A stretch of DNA of 64,000 bases. It comes from Azolla caroliniana (taxonomy: Eukaryota; Plantae; Polypodiophyta). The position numbers and the translations under genes are program-made. The stretch is taken from assembly GCA_043228905.1 (NCBI GenBank), contig JBHGNT010000002.1:6882001-6946000 (forward strand), read 5' to 3'. Shown one piece after another: positions 12,652-23,077 of this stretch. Every line of letters starts with the position of its first letter. Positions within the stretch are counted from its first letter, which is position 1. The notes under the pieces were generated by a model, which saw only the letters and a program-made list of their open reading frames with translations, did no database searches and was not told the origin of the DNA.

Positions 12652-13965
12652 CTATGTGGATACGAAGTCACATGTCGGCTCACAATACTTCATGACCTTT
12701 ATTGATGACCATAGCTGGAAGTTGTGGGCTTCCGTGCTGAAGACCAAGGACCAGGTGTTGTTGGTCTTCAAGGAGTTCCAAGCGAGAGTTGAGAGAGAAA
12801 CCAGACGGAAGGTGAAGGCGGTTCGGATGGATAATGGCGGTGAATATAGAGACAGTTTGAAGACAACTGTCAGTCGCAAGGTATCCAACTAGAGTACACC
12901 ATGCCGAAGATACCAGATTTAAACGGGCTAACCAAGAGGATGGACTAGACCATCATGGAGAGAGTCTAAAGTATGCTTGTCAAGATACCAAAGATCTTCT
13001 AGGTTGAGGCATTGATGATTGTTGTTTATGTGAAAAACATATCACCCTCAATACCCTTGGATCGAGATGTTCCACAAAGAGTGTGGACCGGCAAAGACGT
13101 GTCGTACTAACATCTAAGGGTGTTGGGTTGTCTTGCCTACGTGCATGTTGCAAAGGACCAAAGAGGAAAACTGGATCCAAAAACTCGGCCATGCATATTC
13201 CTGGGGTACGGTGAGGATGAGTTAGGCTACCGGCTTTGGGACCTAGGTGACAAGAAGGGTGATTCAGAGTCGAGATATCATCTTTATGGAAGAAAAGATG
13301 ATTGCCGACGAGGAGATGGAAAATAGGCCTCCAACTACCGATTTGAACCGAGTTTATGATCGGTCAAATCGACCAAAGCCGGATAGGAAGCAGTCAACAA
13401 AGTCAAAAGCCGACTGAGGAACAAGGGGAGTCAGTCAAAAGAAGATAGTCAGGAGAATGAGGAGCCGACCAAAGAGGTCGAACAGGAGCCAACTGCATCA
13501 AATGGAGGTAGGAGATATCTTATTAGAGAGAGAAGAGCCCTCGGTAGATTTCCGGATGAAGAACATGTACTCTTAACCGATGAGGGGGATCCGGGAAGCT
13601 TCGAGGAAGCTAAGAAAGATGCCCACAACCGAGAGTGGTTGAGTGCCATGCAAGTTGAGATGGATTCCCTACATGAGAACCATACGTACGAGTTGACACA
13701 GTTGCAGAAAGGAAAGAAGGCACTCTGGAACAAGTGGGTGTACAAGTAGAAACCGGGAGATGGCGAGAATCCATCCAGATTCAAAGCCCATATTGTAGTG
13801 AAGGGCTTCCAATAGAAAAAGGATGTGCATTTTGACAAAAAAAATTCCCCGATGGTGAAGATGACATCCATCCGGATGGTGATGAGCATAGCTGCCATCA
13901 TGGACCTCGAAGTGAAGCAGCTAGATGTCAAGACGACCTTCTTGCATGGAGATGTCGAAGAAGAC
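12652..13965 (+). mobile_element. Tnt1-like copia integrase to RT-start fragment; host resumes at 16821-16903 (RNase H start)
   Basis: DTKSHVGSQYFMTFIDDHS, KLDPKTRPCIFLGY, LDVKTTFLHGDVEE; resumes as PILE..FTDSDMSANVDT after the nested element. Confidence 0.88.
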
Positions 13966-16820
13966 TACACCGCCAAGCTCAAGAGCATTTGCGACTCGCT
14001 TGGCTCCATCAACATAAACATCGATGAAGACGAGATGGTTCAAGTATGCTTGGGTGGCCTCGCACAATGATTCAACCCATTAAGGACGGAAATCTTGACA
14101 AGAGATAACCCTCCTTTGTTCTTCGATCTTCAATCAAGCTATTGGTTGAAGAGAACCACATCCGAACCAAGACCAAGACGTCGAAAGGACAAATGTTCTT
14201 CTCGAATTCGGATGGTGGCCAAGGATGAGGTCGAGGCAGTAGAAGAGGTCGATTGAACCCATCACATGAAGGGAACTCAAAACTTCGACAACAAGACGGA
14301 AACCATCGAGGAACCTTCAGAAGAAGGGGGAGTTTTCATGCCGAACAAGGACGGCAAACGAGGCCCGCTACTTGCAACTATTGTGGCAAAATCGGCCATC
14401 ATAAAGAGGAGTGTCGGAAGAAGAGAAGTGATTCGGCTTCAACAAGCTGACAACTCACAAATTACGCCACCAACTCTGAATACGACGACAAGGTGGGCTA
14501 TTCGTAATGACACATAGAGCGAACTTTATGACGGCCTCCGACTCCACGAGCATCTCCAACTCGGAAGATGTGTGGTTCGTCGACTCCAGTGCCTCTCATC
14601 ATATGACATCACACCAAGAATGGTTTTGTGACTTAAGAATGCCGGATCAATCTGGCTTCATAAAGACGGGAGACGATACCACACATCCCATTCAGCACAT
14701 TGGCAACATTCCATTCGGCAACGATGGCCAAAATAATTGCATCAAGAATGCCTTGCACGTGCCCACAATAACAAAGAGTTTGGTCTCAGTCAGCCAAATC
14801 GTGGAGAAAGGCATGCAAGTTCGTTTCAACAATGAAGGATCTTCATCGAGAAAGATGGTGGACTCAAAACTAAAGGACAGAGAGACGATCAAATGTTTAT
14901 TCTCGATTCGAACGAGGTGAAATCGGTCATGTATGCCAAAGGTCTCAAAACCGAGATGAGCATCAAGTTGTGGTACAAAAGAATTGGCCACATAAACCTC
15001 CAACGGCTTCGAGCGATGCAATCAAAGGGAGTCTTCATTGAACTTCCGGCCTTTGAGTCGAAACGAGTCAACTGAGTGTACGAAGCATGTCAACTCGGCA
15101 AAAAACATCGACTCCCATTCCCGAAGGAGTGCTACGTAAGCAAAGGCCTCCTCTACGTCATACACTCGAATGTATGGGGACCGACTCAAACGCTGACGAT
15201 CGACGGATGCCAATACTACATCGCCTTCATCGACGACTACTCTCGCTACACATGGATCTTCCCGATGAAGAAGAAGAACGAAGTGCTCTCCCACTTCCAA
15301 AAGCTCAAGGGCCAAGTCGAAAAGGAAACCCGTTGGCATAGTCGATGCTTACGATCGGATGGAGGCAAGGAGTACTTCTCCGACGAATTCACCTCCTACC
15401 TCCAAAGGTGAAGGCATCCGGAGAGAATTCTCATGCCGAAACACATCCCAACAAAATGGAGTAGCCGAAAGGAAGAATCGGCACATAATTGAGGTAGCAC
15501 GCGCTATGACGAATGAGAAGTCCATGCCAAACTTCTATTTAGCCGAAGCGGCATCCACGGCCGTCTATCTCATGAATCGATGCACCACCAATGGAGGACA
15601 TGAGCTAATTCCATAAGAGCTCCTTGTTGGAAGGAAGCCAATCATGATGCACCTCAAGGTGTAAGAAGCATTGCGAATGTACGCATCCCGAATGAAAACC
15701 GACACAAGACTGACGAGAAGTTGGAGAAATGTATCCTCGTAGGATACTCGCTAGAGAAGAAGGCATACAAGTGCTTCAACCCTTCGACCCGAGCGGTTTA
15801 GGTGAGTCGAGACGTAGTCTTCGACGAATCAACATCTTGGTATAAGCCCGATTCGGCTCCATCCGACCTGATCGAGGAAGAGATGAACATCAACTCGGAT
15901 GACGATATTCTAGCATTCCAAGCACGACTCGACCAGGGGCCGGATCGGACAAAGGTAAAGGTAAGATGCCCAAATACGAAGTTGATCACCCCGACGATAG
16001 TGACTCGGATGTGTCGACTCGCTCACTAGACAATGAGTTTGGTGTACCTATCATGTGGACACCCAGACTAAAGAAAGCACTCACGTTAACAAGCTAAAAA
16101 CTTTGACACTCATCTAGAGAGAAGAACCTCGTCACTCAACTCGGCTACAATGAGTATATGGCCCATCATTATGCCTTCGTGATGAAGGTAGCGGCCGAAC
16201 AAGAGCCCGAGAGCTCTACAGAAGTGGCTCGTGACCCACAATGGGTGGAAGCAGTCGGCCTTCACCCACTTCACACTACAAACCGTCATCATCGGCTTGA
16301 GGGGGAGGAACCGAGAGTCCCTCGGAAAGGCTAAAGCCGACGAAAGCCAAAGCGAATGTCGGACGCCTCACACTTGAGCTTGAGGGGGCGTGTTGAGATA
16401 TCAAGCTCAACTAGATTTAGTTAGCTAGTCAACACACGTAACTTAGTAGTTACCTAGATAGAATCTAGTTAGTGTGTTGACCTTAAAGCCTTAAATAGGA
16501 TTTTGTACTTGAGTGGGGTACATTGTAGATCCTCCACTCCCATGTTCATTTAATATAGGACTTAGACCTTTGTACCTATATTCTACTCACACATGTGCAC
16601 CTTTGCATATGAGATGTATATACCTCATTGTGGGTATTTCTGTATTTGATGATGCTTTTTAATATACACTCTCGTTAATCATCCCCCATTTTTTACATTA
16701 TTGTTCAAAAGTGTATCTTCCTCTCACACACATACACACACATATCACATAACCTTCCGTTGCTTAACTACTCACATAATTAGTCACTAATTAACCCTAG
16801 TTAATTACCTAATTATTAAC
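13963..16820 (+). mobile_element. Second copia family copy: gag (5'-deleted)-PR-INT, RT/RH deleted, PPT and 3' LTR (16391-16820)
   Basis: LKSICDSLGSIN, CNYCGKIGHHKEEC, WFVDSSASHHM, LRSDGGKEY, QQNGVAERKNR; TGAGGGGGCG then TGTTGAGATATCAAGCTCAAC...ATTAACA; related to 61734-64000. Confidence 0.85.
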
Positions 16821-16903
16821 ACCCATATTAGAAGTTTTACTGACTCAGACATGTCGGCTAATGTGGATACCAACTGGTTCACGTCTGAAATGTGATGACA
16901 TAT

Positions 16904-17022
16904 TGTTGAAATAGCAGTCCCTCCAAATGGGAACCGGTCAAGCCAGAGCGGACGAGTCAGAGGAAGAAGCCACATCGGATGAATCCAGAAGGCATCCGGA
17001 AATCGGACCGAATGGATCAGGA
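16904..17022 (+). repeat. First ~120 bp of a Tnt1-like-family LTR, cut off at the inversion breakpoint
   Basis: TGTTGAAATAGCAGTCCCTCCAAATGGG matches family LTR starts, then switches abruptly to gypsy RT. Confidence 0.7.
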
Positions 17023-19993
17023 CAGGAATAGGTATGCTCTTCCCCTTATCTCAAGTCTTTTAGAACGGATCAATGGTGCCAGGTTCTTCACGAAGATCGA
17101 CTTACGGGGAGCATATAACCTCGTACAGATCCGACCAGGAGACGAATGGAAGACCGCGTTTCGCACCAGATATGGGCACTTCGAGTATACGGTCATGCCG
17201 TTCGGCCTCACTAATGCACCGACAGTCTTCCAGCACATGGCTAATGATATATTCCGAGATCTATTGGATGATTGTTTGATCATCTATTTGGATGATCTAC
17301 TGGTTTATTCAAAGACCCAAGAAGAACATGATTCTCATGTATTATTAGTACTAAAACGACTTCGAGAACATGGTCTGTATGCAAAGTTGGAAAAATGTAA
17401 TTTCGGGTGCAACCAAGTGGAATTTCTCGTCTACATCATTTCGTCAGAAGGCATCTCCATGGACCCAGCTAAGGTCAAAACGGTGGTAGAATGGCAGACT
17501 CCACGTTCGGTGCGGGATGTGCAATGCTTCCTAGGCTTTGCCAATTTTTACCGGAAGTTCATACAAGATTACTCAAAGATCGTTCTACCTCTCACACAAC
17601 TTACCAGGAAGGGACAACCGTTCATTTGGTCTGAAGAAACGGACGTGGCTTTCGAGAGTCTTAAAAAGGCATTTACATCGGCTCCAATTCTAGCTCATGT
17701 CGATCTGGAAAAACCATTTATTATCGAAGCTGACGCATCAGATTTTGCATTGGGGAGCATTCTGTCACAACAAGGGAATGATGAGAAGCTACATCCTGTG
17801 GCTTTTCACTCACGCAAGTTTGACGCCGCCGAAATCAACTACGAAATTCATGATAAGGAGCTATTGGCAATAGTGGATTCTTTTATGCAATGGAGGCATT
17901 TTCTGGAGGGATCCTCTCATCCTGTCACCGTATTTAGTGACCACAAGAACCTTGCCTACTTTCAGGATGCTCGTGTGTTGAATCGACGTCAAGCTCGGTG
18001 GGCCCACTTCCTCACACGTTTCAACTTCAAAATTACATATCTTCCGGGGAAGCACCAAGGGAAGGCCGATGCATTATCACGGCGTTCGTACCTAGCACCC
18101 CGTCCCGGCGAGCCAGCTTTCGATAACCAAAAACAAGTCATCTTGGGACCGGCACGACTACAAGCAACAAAGATCTTTGACATGCCCGTGGATTCTCGCG
18201 TTATCGATACCATACGCGAAGACTTGAAGACAGATGCGTTCGCCCAAGCTATACTAGCACAAATTGATCCCTCTCGAGCGTCGTGTTCACAGTCGCAACC
18301 ACCAGGTACGGACTATCGGCAATTCAAATACCATGATGGATTACTCTTCTTTAAAGAACTTTTGTATGTTCCTAATGGTTCTTGCCGCCTTCAAGTAGTA
18401 CAAAACTGTCATGACACATATATAGCTGGGCATTTTGGTAGTACTAAAACACTACATTTAGTACAATGATCAATCTAGTGGCCCTGTATGCGACAATTTG
18501 TCGAGGATTTTGTTCGGACTTGTGATACATGCTGCAGAGCGAAAATGTCAAGGCATCATCCATATGGTTTATTAGAACCATTACCAATTCCAAGCAAGCC
18601 GTGGCAATCCATGGCTCTAGACTTCATCACAAATCTTCCAATCTTTAAGGGGTTCAATGCGATTCTAACGGTGGTCGATTGATATACGAAGATGGCTCAT
18701 TTCTTGCCATGTACTAAGGAGATCTCCAATGAAGACACTGCCGAAATTGTCATGCGTGAAGTATGTCGGCATCATGGACTTCCCGATAGTATCATTAGCG
18801 ACCGTGGACCCCAGTTCGTGTCAAAATTCTGGAAGCACCTTTTTAACATGCTCAAGGTCACTTGTAACCTCTCCTCCGGCTACCACCCACAAACCGACGG
18901 CCAAGCCGGACGAACCAATCAAACGCTGGAGCAGTATCTGCGGTGCTTTCTCAGCTATCATCAGGATGACTAGGCAGATATTCTCCACTTCGCCGAATTT
19001 GCCTATAACAACTCTATCCATGCATCCACTAAAGTTACGCCATTTTATGCTTATACGGGATGTCACCCCCGGTGGAGTGTACTTGAAACCCCAGAGGTGT
19101 CCACAAATCCGTACGCGGAGGATCGTTTGGAGCAGTTACGCAAGATACAAGCGGATTTATCTACTCATCTCCAGCAAGCTCAACAAACACACAAGGTCTA
19201 CGCGGATCGTCATCGACTTCCATCCAATTTTAATATTGGAGATCGGGTGTGGCTGCTACGACGACACATCAAGACTACTCGTCCATGTGAGAAGTTAGAT
19301 TATCGGCGATTAGGTTTCTTTCCGTATTATTGGAAAGATTAATAATGTCGCTTTTCGTCTCGATTCGCCTCCTCAACTTCGGATACATCCGGTGTTTCAT
19401 AGTTCTCTCCTTGAACCCTACCATGAGAGCACCATCCCAGGACGTCTTATCCAACCTCCACCCCCGATCGAGCTTGAAGATGGGCCGGAGTACGAGGTTG
19501 CCGTCATCCTTGATTCCAAGATTGTTCGCAACAAGCTCTACTATCTAGTCGTTTGGCTAGGCTATAGCCCCAGCGAACGTACTTGGGAACCGATCGAGAA
19601 TGTGACCAATGCTCGTGCTCTTCTTGAAGACTTCCATCGTCAATATCCACACAAACCAGGTCCTCAATCCAAGACGACTCGTGACACTCGTCGTTTTAAA
19701 GGGGGGATAGTGTCATGATATGGCAAGACTCGAACCCATGACCTTAGGTTATATGGGTTGAGCTCTTGACCATTGTAATACGTAGGATATTATTTTGATT
19801 TACATTTTATTATAGGAAATTAGTGTATATTCCAGATTTCTCTGGAACATTCTAGAAGTTTCAGGATTACTCCTAAAAACACTATAAAAGAGGGCACTAA
19901 GCATTATATTGAACCAAATTGGTTCAACGCCAGTCTTAAGCCTTTTAGCCACCATTGTATATTCTCTTCATATAATACATATCTTTCTTATCA

Positions 19994-20051
<58 letters not shown>

Positions 20052-20151
20052 GCTCACTTCTTCCTTCTCTCAAAGAAGTTCCACACCTCTCATAGTACTA
20101 ATCCTTCGTTTAGTACTAATTCCTTCTCTGTCTCAAGTACTGTTCCTGACA
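17023..20151 (+). mobile_element. 3' half of Tcn1-like copy A (RT-RH-INT-chromodomain, PPT, 3' LTR 19711-20151)
   Basis: ORF 16979-18469 RT/RH; integrase pieces; chromodomain EYEVAVILDSK..YLVVWLGYSPSERTWEP; GGGGGGATAG PPT; followed by CTAGC. Confidence 0.93.
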
Positions 20152-20156
20152 CTAGC

Positions 20157-22435
20157 TTTGCCTATTCCGCCTCCTCAAACCGCTGCTTATTGACCTCCAG
20201 CTTTTCCTTTGCCGCTTCTTCCAATAGCCTTGCCGTTTCTACCACCTTTGTCTACTCCTCCGCCAAAGCTTCCGTTTTCTTCTCAAGTTCGTCCATTTTT
20301 TGTGCCAGGTCCGTTCGTGCCTTCTTCAACAGCTCCTTCAATCTATCTTGTTGTCGGTCGAATTCTGCTCCCCGCCTCTTGTAATCTGCCTCCGTTTGCT
20401 TATGCTCCCGGTACAATTTATCAAAATCTTCAATCTTCTGCTTGAGTCGTCGATTTATTTAGGAACGCAACTGGCATTCCTGTCTTTCTGTTGTTGGAGC
20501 TTCTCTTTTAGTCGTTCTATATCTGTTTTAGCTTGTCGACAGAGCCTATCCTTCTCCTGTAATAGCTTTTCCCTTTCTTCCTTTAGCCGGTCATTGTTAT
20601 CGTGGCTCTTTCCGATGTTCTCCTCAACTCTCCGTCATTCTTCCTCAGCCAATTTCTTATGTTCCCTTTCTTTTCCTCTTAGTACCTCCTGAGCCACTAA
20701 TTCTTCTCTTAAGGTCCTTAGTTCTTGGGCGGACTCAGTGCCGGTTTTCAAGGCTGTATCCACCGCCGGTTCCAATTCTTGTTTTGGGTTTGCCTTTTGC
20801 TTCCTTGGTTTTGTGTCGACACTCTTTTGTTGTCCCATGTTGGCCATGTTGGCCATGCTGGCCGTGTATTCCTTGGCCTTTATTAACTCTTCTTCCATGC
20901 CCCGCATCTAGGCTCTTACCTTCTCCAGTTCTTCGGTAGTTGTGCGCATGAGGTGTCTATTCTGCCTTTGTTCCTTGTCCAGTTGGTCTACCATGCCGGC
21001 AACTTGCTCTCCTAGCCATCTTAACCATTGTTGGCATGTGCCCTGTTCCAGCCCCTGTTGTTCCCCGTCTGTTGGGGTGCTTTGTGTGCCCTCGTTTAGT
21101 GGCGGCTCCGGCCGTTGTTCTGGCTGCTTGGGACTCAGACCCGTTGAAAGGACTTGCTCCCTGCCCGGTGCTGGTTGGCCGGTTGGTGCCTTGCTCTGTC
21201 CACTCCCCTGTTCCTCTCTGCCCTGGGTTTCCACCACCATAGTCGGAGCCGGTTCTTTCACCCGCTGCTCCTGATCCCGCTTCTTTGCGTGTCGTTCCAA
21301 GGTTTCGGCCGGTTCCTCATCCGCCTCCTCTTCTGTGGTCTCTAGGCAGATTTTGTGTACAAAGTCCTCTGGTTCTTGGTCTTATCGGCGCAGTGTGATT
21401 TTGATCGGCTTCGTTTTCGCTGGAGTTGTCTCCTCCGCTTCTTGTGTCCGGTTAGTTGGCTTAGCTGGTCTCTCCGTGTCTTTCTCCACCGGTTCTGGTT
21501 CCTCCTGTTGTGATGCATCCTCCGAGGTCCATCCTCGGGTGTTCTTTTCTAGGAGTTGTCGCCTCTTGGTTGCTTTCTTGGGCATTGTTTCCGGTCGGCC
21601 CCTCTTTTTAGGTTTGGCGGTGATGACGGGGGGTACTAATAAGGTTAGCCACTGTGCTACCCCTGTCCAAGATTTCTTCCCTTCCGCCACAGATTCTATG
21701 GCGGATTTCAAGCATTCGGGGACCTTAGTCCCTCGTACATTGCTATAATGAATCCGGTTCTGTATTTTGGTATGGCCAGTGGTCGTGAATGGACGAACCC
21801 ATATTATAGCAGCACCCGGGCCACCTCCCAGAATAGAGGGTCTTCTCCCCCTTGCGTTCGGTACGCCTTGCTGCTGAGGGAATACTCACTGAAATACTCG
21901 TTTAATGTCTCGGTGGATGGGCTCTCCACCGCTCGAAGTCCCCCCGCTTGTAATCTTGTGAGGGCCTGGAATGTGCCCTTCGTTATTTCTTCAAGGTCGA
22001 TCGTTGGTGCGACCTGTTCCGGGTCCTCATGCGGTGGTGCATTTGTGATGCGAAGGAATCCCTTGAGTCTGTTCTTGGTGAACCATTCGCATGCTGCATT
22101 GGAAAGTGCCATGGGACCTGAGTCTTTTTCGTTGTTGTCGATGTGCTTCTTTGCAAGGAGGTTGTGCTCTGTGTGTCTGAGGGTTCGTGTGCTTTTCTAC
22201 GCTCGCCACAATCGAAGTTCTCTAAGGGCCATTCCCTCGATTGGCCTTTGATTTTGTACCCCCATCTTCTTGAACCGCTAGTTCTCGGTTCCAACGCATG
22301 CATGCTCCGGACCATAATTAGTATGTGTACCCCGGTCCTGTGCTTTAAATAGCCACGTCCTACCTGTTCACTAGCGTCTGTTTGCAATAATATCTTTGCC
22401 CTAATATTAGTCGTCCCACCTTTTGCTTCCTCCAC
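20157..22435 (-). pseudogene. Extra ORF of gypsy element C downstream of pol (unknown function, coiled-coil C-terminus), disrupted
   Basis: Chain of same-strand ORF pieces 22435->20190, Q/E/K-rich heptad-like; continues across the CTAGC TSD into 8426-9290. Confidence 0.7.
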
Positions 22436-23059
22436 GTTTTTGCATGATGACCATCATTTTCTGACTACTTTACTTTTCTTCTTCTTCTTCTTCTTATTAT
22501 TTCTTAAGATGACCTTACGTGCCGGATGTCGTGAAGATTTCCGGCTATAGTATGAAACCGGGGTGGAAAGGGCAAGTCGGTGGTGTGCAACATGTGCACA
22601 CGTATACTAGGAAATGGTGTATAGAAATAAGAGGGAAAATTTTATCCCACATTGTAAGGTCCCTCCCTCCTTGGGCTATAAAAGGAAGGGAGGGGTCACT
22701 TATGAAGGGTTTCCTATTTTGCGTATGAGAGGTATACCACTTAGTCTAGAGTTCTTACCGTTTTAGGGTTAGGGTTTCGTTTAGGGTTTTCCTTCTTCAT
22801 CTTCGGTTAAGGTTTTCTCATAGTCGTTTGGTGCGGCCCATGCGGCCACCATTGTTGTAATCATTCGTTTGTTTTAATATATCTTGTTGAGTATCTTACC
22901 TCTACCAATCTCTCCTTCTATGTGGTGATCTTATTCTTTCTTCTTCTCCTCTTGAGCTAAGCTTCCAAACATATCTTATTCTTTCTCCTCTACTCCCTAG
23001 TCTGAGACCCCGGTGGTCCCGCCCGTTCTACACGCACACACGTAACAACGCGACATCTT

Positions 23060-23077
23060 TGGTGAACCCGATGTGAA
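23060..23077 (+). promoter_or_regulatory. Primer-binding site complementary to tRNA-Trp
   Basis: TGGTGAACCCGATGTGAA vs the complement of the plant tRNA-Trp 3' end, TGGTGAACCCGACGTGAA (recalled sequence; 17/18). Confidence 0.75.

Noticed and set aside
16979-17022. Novel N-terminus on the 496-aa RT ORF
   Set aside because: Chance read-in from a truncated LTR at the breakpoint
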